Origin: Selaginella moellendorffii
Taxonomy: Eukaryota; Plantae; Lycopodiophyta
Direction of reading: 5' to 3'
Assembly: GCF_000143415.4 (NCBI RefSeq)
Contig: NW_003314322.1
Coordinates: forward strand, 1,190,067 to 1,254,066
DNA: 64,000 nt
Numbering within the stretch: position 1 is the first letter of the stretch; the number at the start of each line of letters is the position of its first letter. A program made the translations under genes and the position numbers. The notes below the pieces were generated by a model, which made no database searches, was not told the DNA's origin, and worked only from the letters and a program-made list of their open reading frames with translations. Below, piece after piece: positions 11,424-23,514 of the stretch.

Positions 11424-12496
11424 TTAATCAAAAGCGTCGTCCTCGTCGTCTGGGAGTGGCTGAGCAGCAGCGTTATTCATCTCCTGCTCGTTCCTGTGCA
11501 AGAAAAATGGATCCAAGAACGTCAATCGGGACAGCATCTAGAAACAAGGGAACTTACAGTTGCTGGGCAGCAAGATCGATGTGAACTTCCGGTGGTGCCA
11601 ACGCAGGAGTCTCGACAAAGTGGAGATTCGCGTCCCTGGATTGGGCAAAAAGAAGAGAATTAGAACTTGCGGTAAACTTGCGGTATCTAGAGTTCTACCC
11701 AGCAAGCTTCCTGGCGAGATAAAGGAAGGGCTTTTCGAAGTTGTAGTTGCTCTTGGCAGAGATCTCGTAGTACTGGAGGTTCTTCTTTCTGTGGAAGGTG
11801 ACCTGCTTGGCCTTGACCTGCCTGTTCTTAACGTCGACCTTGTTTCCGCAGAGAACAATCGGGATGTTCTCACACACCCTGCGGGATGAGAATGCGTTAG
11901 AAAAAAGAAAGCCATCGGCAAGAAAGAGTGCAACTAGCCTGCAAAGATCCCGGTGCCAAGTTGGAACGTTCTTGTATGTCAAGCGAGCAGTGACATCGAA
12001 CATGATAATCGCGCACTGGCCATGGATGCTGCAAAAGGAAGTTAAAGCAACGAATCATTAAGGAGTGAAGAGCTTACTAGTAGCCATCGCGAAGACCACC
12101 AAACTTCTCCTGGCCGGCCGTGTCCCAGCAGTAGAAGCGTAGCCTGCCGCAGTTCGTGAAGAAATCGAGAGGATGGACTTCCACACCCATCGTAGCTGCA
12201 AGGAAGAACAGGGATAAGAGATCATCCCACGAAGAGAGAGCCGAGCTTACGTTCGTATTTCTTCTCGAATTCACCAGTCAAGTGGCGTTTCACAAAGGTC
12301 GTCTTCCCTGCCACCGAGAGATCCATAAGAAACCAAGCCAAAAGAGGAAACAAACGAAGCGCTCACCAGTGCCGCCATCGCCAACGATTACGAGCTTGAA
12401 GGAAACCTCTCCAGGGGTTGCCTGACCGGGCATGGCCTGTCGTAAGCAGGGGAACCAAAATCACCAAACAATTCGCGAGGAAACGGAGCTTACCAT
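11424..12496 (-). CDS. RAN: Ran small GTPase (multi-exon)
   Basis: Spliced product [64 protein letters not shown], acidic tail [10 protein letters not shown]; first exon is ATG only. Confidence 0.97.
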
Positions 12497-12895
12497 CGTC
12501 TCCGAGCGATTCGATGCGAAGGCGCAGAGATCCGAAGCGCCTAGCACGCCGCCCTCACCGAGCACAACACAAACAAAACCCTAGTCTCTTAGGGCTCTTA
12601 ACCAGAAACTTTTGTCGGTGGATCTTTGCCCACGTGGCAAGTATCGACGGTAGTGGCCACGCTAAAAGCTGAAGTGGTCCAGTCTAAACCCTAAACCACT
12701 AAGAGCCCTAATTTCTTTGCTTGAGCGCCAAGCATCCTATCCGCCCCGCTCGTCGCCGGCGCGCACAAATCTTCACGCGACGCGACGCGACGCTCTCCGG
12801 ATTTCCATCGCGGCGCAGCCGTAGCCGAGGTACATTTCCTGGTTGTAGGTTAACAAAGATTGAGCCGCGCGTGATATTTCCCCAGCGCTCTCCTC
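12497..12895. promoter_or_regulatory. Shared divergent promoter of Ran and Alba, with telo-boxes and a G-box
   Basis: AAACCCTA at 12576 and 12686; CCACGTGG at 12630; 399 bp between the two ATGs. Confidence 0.55.
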
Positions 12896-14128
12896 ATGGA
12901 TCGCTATCAGCGAGTGGAGAAGCCACGAGATGAGACATCGATCAGCGAGAATGAAATTCGCATCACGACGCAGGGCAAGACGAGAAACTATATCACCTAC
13001 GCTATCAGCTTGCTCCAGGTAGAAAATTTTCTTCCTCTCTCTTTCCGGAATTCACTTTTCTTTTACAGGACAAAAGCTCTGATGTTGTCTTGAAGGCGAT
13101 GGGCCGTGCAATCAACAAGACTGTCACCATTGCCGAGATTATCAAAGTAGAGAACGAAGTTTATGCGAGCTCGAGGTCACTAACAGTCTTTTTCTCGTCC
13201 AGAGGAGGGTCGCGGGGCTTCATCAAATCACCACAATCGGCTCCGCGGACTTCACGGATACTTGGGAACCGCTCGAGGAAGGACTTGTGCCGTAAGTTGT
13301 TGTCTTTGTTTCCAGCTACCTCGTGTGACTTACTTTGCTTTCTCACTTCTAGTCTGGAAACGACTCGGCATGTTTCTATGATCAGTATCACACTGTCAAA
13401 GACGGAGCTAGACAGCACCTCATCAGGGTGGGCTTTCTCAATGTTTCATAATCGTTTCTTGACTTGAGAGAACTGTCGCAGATATCAGGCTCCTCTTCCT
13501 GCTGATCAAGTGAAGCCGTTGGTGGAGCCGGAATACGACGGAGGTTTAGTTATCTCTGTTTGTTTTTTCTTCGCCTGACGGCCGTGCACTTCACAGAAGT
13601 ATCACCTCGAGGAGGCAGAGGCCGAGGCCGGGGGCGCGGACGAGGCAGAGCTCGTGCTGGAGGTACATGTAGTTTCGAACGCCATTACGTTTGCTGTAAT
13701 GCATGTAATCTCCAGGGAACGAAGTTGCGGTCGCTGACTACGGTGGTGGCTACGATGCTGGTTGGGGGCGAGGCCGAGGTGGCCGAGGCCGTGGAAGGGG
13801 CCGCGGGTTCCAAGGCCGTGGTAGAGGCTATGCCACGGAGTTTTATCAGAACACCGGGAGGGGAAGAGGAGGCTACGGAGACAACGTTTACGAGGACAAC
13901 CGGGGCCGCGGTCGAGGTGGATACCAACAAGGCCGGGGCCGTGGTGGAGACGAGTACCAGGAAGTGGCGAACGAGGACGCCGGAGCAAGGGGCCGAGGTA
14001 TGGTTTTCGTTTGAGAGAAACGACTCGCTAAGTTGACAACTATGTGTATCACAGGCCGTGGTCGAGGAAGGGCATTTCGTGGTGGCCGTCGGGGAGGCGG
14101 CAGACCACGCGGAGGATTTCAGGAATAA
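12896..14128 (+). CDS. Alba-domain (RPP25-like) RNA-binding protein with RGG-rich tail (multi-exon)
   Basis: MDRYQRVEKPR..ENEIRITTQG..LKAMGRAINKTVTIAEIIK..WEPLEEGL, then GRGRG repeats. Confidence 0.93.
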
Positions 14129-14320
14129 GACGAGATCTCTCTCTCCATACTTCGTGGTAAAGCCTCTCTCCTCTAGCGGCATCTTTTGTGTTGACATATA
14201 GACTAGCTGTGGTGGTAGTCACCCGAGTTTTCTTGCCTCTGACACGTTACAATTTGGAGGTGTTATATTCCTTTCTTGTTTCTAACTGTACAAAACAAAA
14301 GCTTTTTTTACTGGGAAGTG

Positions 14321-15472
14321 TCAGATCACGTAGTCCAGGATCTCGGAGGTGTGATCCATGCTTTGTCCCGGGAAGTCGCACGGCGGTGGTGGAGTGACTG
14401 CCGCTGCGGTGTTGCGAATGATCCTGGCGGGGACTCCGACCGCGGTGCAGTAGCAGGGAACGTCGATGAGGACGAGCGTGCAAGCGCCGATCTTGGCACC
14501 GTCCCCGACTTTGATTGGGCCGAGTAACGTTGCTCCAGCTCCGATGAGGACTCCGTTTCCAACTTTTGGATGCCGGTCCATGCAGCGGTTGCCAGTCCCG
14601 CCAAGCGTGACGTGGTGGAGAATGGAGACGTTGTCGCCGATGGTAGCTGTCTCTCCCACCACTACGCCCGTGGCGTGGTCGAGAAACATGCCTTTGCCAA
14701 CTTGAGCTCCTGGAACTTGAAGATCATTGAAAGAAGAGACGAGGAGGTTGGAGGACGTACCGGGATGGATGTCGACTTGGAAAACTTCGGAGATCCTGTT
14801 CTGGAGTGCCAGTGCCAGTCCCGTGCGATGTTGACGCCAGAGCCTGTGAGAGACGCGGTGCGCTTGGCAGGCCAGGAACCCCTTGTAGTTGAGCATGCCA
14901 TGGACGTAGCTTGTGCACGCTGGATCCCTCTCTCTGAAAGCCTTCATGTCCTCTCGCATTGCTTCCTAGGTCACCGATGAGATGAGATGATCTTAGAAGT
15001 TTAGAACTTACTTGTATGCTTGTATCAGCCGAGAAAGTTTCCGAGAACAAGGAGAAGAGCTGGGTGGAAAGGAGCGTCATGTTTGCTAGCTTGTTGGCGA
15101 GGTGGAATGCCAAGGATCTCTCCAGCGAGGGATGCGAAAGAACCGTGGCGTAGAGAAAGCTCGCGAGGTATGGCTCCGCCTGGGATTGCTCCATTGCTTC
15201 TATTCTCAACAATTGCCAAATATCCATGTCCTTCTTTGCTAAATCGTCCTGGAAGAACGATCAACACCATGAGAAAGGAAAACTTCAGTCGCTAAAAGGA
15301 GAGGACTATTTACTTGCACACCTGCGCAGCACAGGAATTGGCGGCGATCGGCGGCGCCGTGGCTCCTCGGCCGCATTGAGCAGTGATCTAATCCGGATCG
15401 AGTCCATTCGATGTGGTTGCGATCGCCGAGTCGGGGCGGAGAGATTGAGAAGCGGAGCGAAGAAGACGCCAT
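14321..15472 (-). CDS. SERAT: Serine O-acetyltransferase, probable organellar transit peptide
   Basis: RERDPAC, FLDHATGVVVGETA, VTLGGTG..DRHPK hexapeptide region, TAVGVPAR, C-terminal DYVI. Confidence 0.96.
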
Positions 15473-15709
15473 AGATAGAATTAGCTACAGGGAATTAGGG
15501 TTAGGGCTCTTTGGCGCCCAGGAATTTCAATCTTCGTGCCCGCGATCGCGGCATTTTGTCTTCCATTCGCGCCTAGGATCGGAGCTCGTGATGGATTCTG
15601 GAAGCTGATCGGGATTTTTCATCCAGAGAAGGATTCTAGACCGCAGGAGATGGAAATCTTGCAGTCCGGGATGAAAGATCGCGGGCAGAGGTAGCAGAAA
15701 TTCGTGGCG

Positions 15710-18413
15710 ATGGCGGTCGGACCGTCATGGGAGGGGCATCACATTTGGGAAGGTTGGGTCACGCTAACGCTCATCGGCATCATGTTGGCAGCTCTAGTGC
15801 TAGAAATCGCCCCTCCATACCTCGTCATGACTGGCACCCTCATTCTCTTTTTGCCGCTCAACATCCTCACCTTGGATCAAGCTCTTCACGGGTTTGGCGA
15901 TCACGCGGTGCTCTCGATTGGCGTTCTCTTCATCGTTGCCAAAGGTAGCTCTAAGTTTGTGATTGATTGATCGCCCACATTTTTTTTTAATTTGGTGATT
16001 CAGGTATCGAGCAGTCTGGAGGTCTGGAGTACGTCTCTAGGCTGCTCTTCAGAGCCGACGATGATAAGAAGGAAGACAATCCAGCGAAACAAGGGAACAT
16101 CGTCGGAGTGATGCTGAAGTTCACGGTTCCTGTGGCGATTTTTAGTGCGTTCCTGGCCAATATACCACTGGTGGCGATGATGATTCCGCCGATTGTGGAG
16201 TTCGCGAAGAAGGTACGCGGCTCTCATTACCTTTCTCATGCCAGTGTTCCATAGATTCGGTCCCGTCGTGAAAATGCTTTGTTTGCTTGACTTCATTCAT
16301 ATAGGTGCATATGGCTCCGTCAAAGCTGCTCATGCCTCTGAGCTTCGCTGCGCTCTTGGGTGGCACGCTGACATTGATTGGAGCCAGTACAAACCTGGTA
16401 GTTGTATCCCTGGCCGCGAAGAAACTCCCCGAGCTTCAAATGAATCTGTTTGAGATAGCTATTGTTGGTTTGCCTGTGACAATTGCTGGGATTTTGTATA
16501 TGGTTGCTGTGTCCGGCAAGCTTCTTCCAGATCGTCTTGCAATTCAACCAACGACTATAAACGTGAGGTGAAGATTTGTCACCAGGAATCCAACATTAAG
16601 ATGCACATCATATAATTTCGCGGCACTTGACGAACTCACTGAATTTTTTGTACTGCAGGGAATATAGCGTTGTATTGGAGGTGAAGGCAACGTCTTCATT
16701 GACAAGGAAAACGATTGAGAGGGCTGGTATCAATCGTCAACCAGGGCTCAATCTCGTTCAAATACAGAGAGAAGGTGTAGTCACTCCAAATCCTGGGCCA
16801 GACTTTGTTATAATGCCCAAAGACAAGCTACACTTTGGTGGTGTTATAGATGCAGTACTTGGTTTGACACAGTTAGATGGATTGGCTCTTTCAGAGAGTG
16901 AGGTACGCTCAAGATTAACAATTTTCTTTTAGACTCGCTCATTTGTTGTGCGCAGGGTGAAGAGCAAATCGATTTGAATCGGTTGAAGATCAATCAGTGC
17001 CTAGTTGAGGCTGTTGTTGCAAGTGGATCTCCGATGGTTCACAAGCGCGTTGCTGACTTGCAACTCCGAGCACGTTATAAAGCTGCTATAGTTGCTATCC
17101 ATAGATATGGAGTGCGACTTAGCAGGTAAGCTATCTTCTTCGTACGTCGTTTGTTGCAACTGTGTTCTTTCTTTATAGTGCGATTGGGGACATAATCTTG
17201 GAAGCTGGAGATTCACTTCTTATGGTGGCTGATGGGACAGAGTTCGTTGCGAAGAATCGAAATAATTCTACGTTTGCGCTTGTTGCAAAGGTAGCATGCC
17301 TACTTTGCTTGTGAAATGTAGTGCCCTTCATAAAGTTCTGATTTTGTGCAGCTGCCAGGATTTGTGCTGGTGCAGCGACATAAAGCTGGAATTGCAGCGT
17401 TGATTGTTCTTGCTTTTGTGGTTGCAAGTGGCATTGGTGTTGATCTTATCACGGCTGCTTTGTTCACGGCATTCTTTTTGTTGGCGACGAAGTGTCTGAC
17501 TCCTAGAGATGCAATGGTATAATATTTGCATTTCTGACAGCATCAGCATCTGACGTCGTTATTCTTCTCAAGCTTTACAGGAATCTATAGAATTACCGGT
17601 TCTGATTCTGATCGCTTCGTCCTTTGGCATCTCAGAGGCCATGGTCCAGAGTGGTGCAGCAGATATGGTGGCAAAAGCCCTCATGGGTCTTGCAGGTACC
17701 ACAAAAGTAAGAACTATCACCCTTCAGAGAATAGGCCGTTGTTACTAACTAATCTTCGTTCGTGCCTTGCAGTTTGGTCTAATCAGTTGCACATACATTG
17801 CAACAACAGTTTTCTCGCTGGCTATCACGAATAACGCTGCTGTGACGATTATGTTCCCAGTTGCTCTCACAGCGGCTCAGAGAGGAAATCTCGATTTCAG
17901 ACCGTTTGCCTACACGCTCATGATGGCATCATCGGCAGGGCTGATGACCCCCACTGGCTGTGCAACAAATCTCATGGTTTACTCCCCGGGTGGCTACAAG
18001 TTTGCGGACTACGTTGTTTATGGTGGTCCTATGCAAGTAAGTTCTTCCGTCAACTTAAACAGGAGTGTCATGTTTAATGCAGATATGGTTACTGGTTGTG
18101 ACAATTGGAGTGACGGTGACTATAGAATGGTGGTGGGCATGGACCATAGCGATATTTATTACCACAGTCGCTACCACACCGATCTGGATGAGACAGGTTC
18201 TTCTTCCTCCATTTACGTTCCTCTCCACTGAAGTTTGTTTCGATGCAGCCTTGGAATCTGATAAAGTCTGGACCACTTTCCTCTGCCGAAGATCAGGAGG
18301 CCGCGGCAACGTCCAGGGGACGCCGGGGCGACGAAGAAAGAGTTTCTCTCACAGGCGGAAGCAGCAGTCGCGGTAGTACCAGTTCGGCTTTCATGCTGGC
18401 GTCGCAACAGTGA
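15710..18413 (+). CDS. SLC13-family transporter with TrkA-C domains (SLT-type Na+/sulfate cotransporter-like), multi-exon
   Basis: SAFLANIPLVAMMIP, PSKLLMPLSFAALLGGTLTLIGASTNLVV, two TrkA-C-like soluble segments, ITNNAAVTIMFPVA, MTPTGCATNLMVYSPGGYKFADY. The last exon and stop are inferred. Confidence 0.85.
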
Positions 18414-18482
18414 ATGTGCATTTAGCTGTACATAGGTGAAGCAATCTTCTGACTCATCAAGGTCTTGGAAAGTTTTTCTTTT

Positions 18483-20738
18483 TCACCAGAAGCCGCCACA
18501 CGAGCAGCAGCCATCGCTAAAAACGTGGAACCGGCTCGCATCTCTACACACAATGCGCCTGTTTTCCACCTTCGACAAAACAGCAGTGGCTCTGTGACAG
18601 TCATCGCACACTCTCAAGTTCTTGGCAATCCGTATCACCGTACCGGGAGCTGTATTAACGAGTGCAAATGCAATGGCCAGCTTTTCGCTGTGGCCACAGA
18701 GAAGATTTTCCTTTTCAACGTCAGAGACATGGTGGACGAGACAGTTTTGGTCGGGAACATATCCTCCGGCCTTCATCTTCACTAGCACTTCCTCGAGCTT
18801 CTCCACGACGCCTTTGTGACGGCTCCAGTCTCCAGCTTTGAAACTGTGAACGTTCCCGGCCTCGTCGGTCCACCAGCTCAAGCCGGGTTTCTTCCACGCC
18901 CGGAAGTTGTTCTTCATGATGAGCACCTGCGACTGCTCCTCCCACATCCCAGCTCTGCCGTAAATGTCCGCCATCGACATATAAACAGCAGCGTCCTGCT
19001 CGTCGATCCTCAGCAGCGATTCAAAGGCCAGTCGCCCGACTCCAACGCTGGTAAACTTCTTGGCCGCGGCAAGTATCGTCTTCCAAGTCACTTGGTCCGC
19101 TTCAAACGGCATCTCGTGGACCAACTTCACGGCACTGTCAAGGTGATTGGCTCGGCCAAGCATGTCGATCATGCAGTGGTAGTGCTTCATCTCGCGGCGG
19201 ATTCCCAGCTTCAACGTCATGACCTCGAAGAAGTCCAGCCCGGATTCAACAAGCCCGGCGTGGCTGCAGGCAGTGAGAACGGACAGCAGAGTTACACCGT
19301 TGGGTTGAACGTCGGCTTCTCGCATGCTGTGGAACAGATCAAACACCTTGGTCGCGTCTCCGAGGTGACTATATCCTGCTATGAGCGAGCTCCAAGTTAT
19401 CACCGTTCTCGCTCTCCCGGGCATCGAGTGAAAGACAAGCTCGGCTTCGGACATGCTGCCGCACTTCCCGTAGAAGTCCACCAGGCAGTTCGCAAGGAAC
19501 ATATCCTTCTGGAGCTCCCTCCTGGACACAATCTCGGCGTGGAGCTTTCGACCGGTTTCCAGAGCTGCCAAGTTTCCGCAGACCATCAACGCGGCAGCGA
19601 AGGCTCGAGCATCCGGCTGCGTCGGTGCCATCCTTGAGAAGAGTCTCAGCGCTACTTCGGACTCCCCGTTCTCAGCGTAGCCGAGCATCAGCGAGGTCCA
19701 GGAGACCACGTTCCGCTGCTGGTGCTGGATGCTGTCAAACACCTTGCGGGCCTGGATCATGTTGCGGCACTTGGAGTACATCTCGACGAGCGAGTTGGCA
19801 ACGAAGATGTTGGTGGCGACGCCGCTCTCCGCCGCCTGGGAGTGAAGAACCGATCCTTTCTCCTCCAGGCTCTGGATCAAAGCAGAAGAAGCGGCGTCCT
19901 CGCCTCTGGCCGCTGCCGCTGCCAAACTGGAACACGCCGTCAACGCAGCAACGAAAGTTCTGGCCTCGGGTGCTACTCCGATCATCCTGGAAAAGAGCTC
20001 CAGCGCGAGCTCGCCACTGCCGGTCTCGGTGTAGCCGAAGAGCAGCGAGTTCCACGACACGACGTCGTGCAGCGGCATCCTGTCGAAGACCATCCGAGCG
20101 TCGACCATGCTGCCACACTTGGCGTACATCGCCACCAAGCTATTCCCGAGAAAGGTGGTGCTGGAGTCGATCATACTGCTAGCAGCGCGAGCGTGGATTC
20201 GCATGCCAAGCTCCAGCGATCGCGGTTTCACCACCACCGTCTTGGGATCCTCGGTTCCCTGTCCATGCTCCGTGTCGGCCATGGTGGAACACGCAGTGAT
20301 GGCTGCGACGTAAGTTCGCGAGTCGGGTTGTATGGACTCGTCGTGGAAGAAGAGCTCGAGAGCTTTGTGGCCGTCTCCATTGTCAGCGTAGCCCAGGATC
20401 ACGGCGTTGAGGAGCGCCAGATCGTGGCAAGGGAGCTTATCGAAGAGCGATCGAGCGTCGGCCATGGTGCCGCATCTAGCGTACATGTCGATCACGCTGC
20501 TGGCGGCGACAATGCCTGTGCCAGGAGGGAGAAGAGATTTGGAGGAGAGAAGATAATGGATCCTCTTACCGCAGTCTAGGTCTCGCAGCGCCTTGCAAGC
20601 TCTCAATGCCGCGATCCAGAGAGGAATGGGGGAAGAATCGTGGAGCAATGCCGCCGTGATCGTGCTCCTGACCGCGATCCAGATCGCCTGATCGAGTGGA
20701 TTGCTTTGGCGAGTGACGAGGCATCGCGGGATGGCCAT
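18483..20738 (-). CDS. PLS-E-DYW PPR protein (organellar C-to-U editing factor), 751 aa
   Basis: P-L-S repeats, PG box KKPGLSW, deaminase motifs HSEKLA and CDDCH, ends CSCGGFW. Confidence 0.95.
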   Translation of the reverse strand: MAIPRCLVTRQSNPLDQAIWIAVRSTITAALLHDSSPIPLWIAALRACKALRDLDCGKRIHYLLSSKSLLPPGTGIVAASSVIDMYARCGTMADARSLFDKLPCHDLALLNAVILGYADNGDGHKALELFFHDESIQPDSRTYVAAITACSTMADTEHGQGTEDPKTVVVKPRSLELGMRIHARAASSMIDSSTTFLGNSLVAMYAKCGSMVDARMVFDRMPLHDVVSWNSLLFGYTETGSGELALELFSRMIGVAPEARTFVAALTACSSLAAAAARGEDAASSALIQSLEEKGSVLHSQAAESGVATNIFVANSLVEMYSKCRNMIQARKVFDSIQHQQRNVVSWTSLMLGYAENGESEVALRLFSRMAPTQPDARAFAAALMVCGNLAALETGRKLHAEIVSRRELQKDMFLANCLVDFYGKCGSMSEAELVFHSMPGRARTVITWSSLIAGYSHLGDATKVFDLFHSMREADVQPNGVTLLSVLTACSHAGLVESGLDFFEVMTLKLGIRREMKHYHCMIDMLGRANHLDSAVKLVHEMPFEADQVTWKTILAAAKKFTSVGVGRLAFESLLRIDEQDAAVYMSMADIYGRAGMWEEQSQVLIMKNNFRAWKKPGLSWWTDEAGNVHSFKAGDWSRHKGVVEKLEEVLVKMKAGGYVPDQNCLVHHVSDVEKENLLCGHSEKLAIAFALVNTAPGTVIRIAKNLRVCDDCHRATAVLSKVENRRIVCRDASRFHVFSDGCCSCGGFW

Positions 20739-20988
20739 GGCGCGGCGACCGGGGAGGCATCGTCGATTGATGGATGAATGTAGTTACCCGGGCAAGCTGG
20801 AAATTTTAGGGTTCTTCGTTTGCCTTTGCAGGGCCATTTCCCTCTGCTAGGGTTTGGGGTTTTCTGGCAGTCGGAGCTCGAGCTGCTGCCGGTGGCGGAT
20901 CTGTGGCGCCCGACGCTGCGAGCAGCGGAATGCGAAGGCGCCTAGCGTAGATCTGACTCACCGGCTCTAGATCTCGACGAAAAGCAAA

Positions 20989-23080
20989 ATGGTTTGGATC
21001 TGTCTGGATCAGGGAGTTATTTTCTCACGAATTTCGTGCGCTGATTGATGCAGGTAGTTCTAGCGTCCTCCATTATCAACAAGAGCGGGAAAGGTGAGAA
21101 ATTGAGGCTGCGATCCACTCGATCCTTGCGCTGATGCTGTCTCCTTTGTGATGTAATAGCGCTCGTTTCCCGGCAGTTTGTAGACATGACTAGAATACGA
21201 ATCGAGGGCCTCCTCGCTGCGTTTCCCAAGCTCGTTGGCTCTGGCAAGCAGCACACATATGTGGAGACTGAAAACGTCCGGTATGTCTATCAGCCCATGG
21301 AATCCTTGTATTTGATCCTCGTCACCAACAAGCAAAGCAACATTCTAGAGGACCTAGAAACACTCCGGCTTCTCTCTAAACTGGTACTTTCTTTTTCTTT
21401 CCCTTAAGTGCTAAAGTTTACACCTTGATCTTCTCCCAGATTCCTGAGTACTGCACGTCTCTCGAAGAGGAGTCCGTTTGCAAGAATGGTTTTAAGCTTA
21501 TCTTTGCGTTCGATGAGGTGATATGCCAGGGTCACAAGGAAGCCGTCTCGGCTTCTCAAGTAAAGGAATATATGGAAATGGATAGTCAGGAGGAAAGGAT
21601 GCATAGGATGATGATGCAGACTAAGATCAACGAGACTAAAGATTTGATGAAGAAGAAAGCGAACGAGATTGACAAAAGCAAGGTAAATCTTGGAATTCTC
21701 TTGCATTCCGTTGCTGACGATGATTTCTTTTTTCAAGCTGGATAAAACAAGACCAGACAGAAGCGGAATCATATCTGTGCCTATCAGCTTCGACAATGGG
21801 TATGATCTTCCCTCGACTGGAAGAAGCAATGGAACTTTTGTGGCGGATGAAAGCAAGTCTAAAGGTATGCTTCTCGTACGTGCAAGCATGTCTAATTTGT
21901 AATGTCTGGAATTGCAGGCCGTCCTACAACAGCGGCAGCTGGTTCTAGCAAAAAGGGAATGCAGCTGGGCAAGGGACAGAAAACCAGCCGAATCATAGAG
22001 TCTCTCAAGGCCGAAGGAGAGGACATCGTCGAAGATGTTCAAGCTGCTGCCGTGGTAGGCTTGACAGCAAGTGTACCCACGGATCCCATCGCCGTTCTAG
22101 TCGAGGAGAAGATCACCGTCCAGTGTAAACGAGATGGTGGCTTGGAGTCGTTCGACATACAAGGCACATTGTCTCTTGTGGTCCAGAACAGAGACGACGC
22201 CTTCATTCGTGTCCAGGTACCATTTCTGGCCTTTTTCTTAATCTTATTCAACTGCTTTTTCGTACAGGTTGAAAACGGAGCCAACGATGGAGTTCAATTC
22301 AAACCTCATCCCAACATTGACAAAGATTTGTTTGCAAGAGAGAGCATTTTGGGCCTAAAAGATTCCCGTCGGCCATTTCCAACTGGAACTCCAACAGGGA
22401 TTCTAAAGTGGCGCATGACAAGCAAAGACGAGTCTTTAATTCCTTTGAACAGTACGTTGGTTTCGCCAGCTTGTTTATGCCACTAACTAATGCTGTATGT
22501 TTCCAGTTAACTGCTGGCCTTCAATCTCCGGGGGCGAAACGTACGTGAGCATCGAGTATGAGGCGTCGCAGAGGTTCGAGCTTCAAAATGTGAAGATTAC
22601 GATACCTCTACCCGCTCTCCGTGATCCTCCGACAGTCAATCAAGTGGACGGAGAATGGAGGTAATTCTCTGATGTGTTTCTTCCCGTTTTAACTCTTTTG
22701 ACATGATCGTAGGTACGACTCAAGACGATCAGTTCTGGAGTGGTCGGTAGTCTTGATTGACAACAGCAATAGGAAGTAAGCTAGAGCTCGCTTTTACAGT
22801 TTGGCAGCAACACTCACTTGCATTGATTTCTTTCAGTGGAGCGATGGAATTCGTGGTCCCGGCAGCCGACGCGTCGGTGTTCTTCCCGATTGACGTCAAG
22901 TTCACTGCCACAAAAACATTCTGTGATCTCAAGGTACAAAGCCTTGTCACTCGATTTAACAGCGATTCCAATGGTGAACTTTGCCGCCAGGTTGTGAGCG
23001 TTCTTCAGGTGGATGGAGGCAACAGCGTGAGATTCGCCGGAAGCACGCAACTCCTAGCGGATAGCTATCAAGTGGTATAG
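20989..23080 (+). CDS. Coatomer subunit delta (multi-exon)
   Basis: M|[13 protein letters not shown]|[41 protein letters not shown]; mu-homology part (HPNIDK, LKWR, NCWPS). Confidence 0.95.
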
Positions 23081-23514
23081 CACCGGAAGACGATCGAGAA
23101 GACGAGGTGTCAGGAGATTTTGATTGGAAAGAAAACTTAGTTACTCTATTCATATCAAATAGCGTGCTAAACTTTGGACTAAAGGATGAGCAAAAACAAG
23201 CATTGCATAAAACTCTCTCTCCTCTGTGCAGCAGCTAAACTATGGTTCTCCCATGGTTAAATGAGAACCACCTTAAAATGATACGAATATGCCTTTTTCG
23301 ACTTTAAATCTAGTCATAAATAATGAAACGATACCCGGCATATTCTTCGAGGCTTGGCCACATTTAGGCATGCGTGCCGTCCATTTGAACGGTGTAGATG
23401 TTACTACAAAGAACGATCCTTGCCGTGGATTTTGAGGGCAAGGGTTTATTTTCCGATTTAGGGTTTTTGCTCGTCGCGGCTGTGACCTAGAGGAGGAAGG
23501 AGAGGCGCAGCGCG

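Noticed and set aside
10758-11663. 301-aa plus-strand ORF
   Set aside because: Spans PPR antisense, intergenic DNA and the Ran 3' end; no coherent protein.
15473-15709. Angiosperm sulfur-responsive SURE core (GAGAC)
   Set aside because: I could not find it on either strand of the spacer, so it gives no support for co-regulation.
18816-20579. Plus-strand ORFs of 273, 185 and 285 aa, and similar ones over the NPF and PPR genes
   Set aside because: Antisense or alternative-frame shadows of GC-rich real genes.
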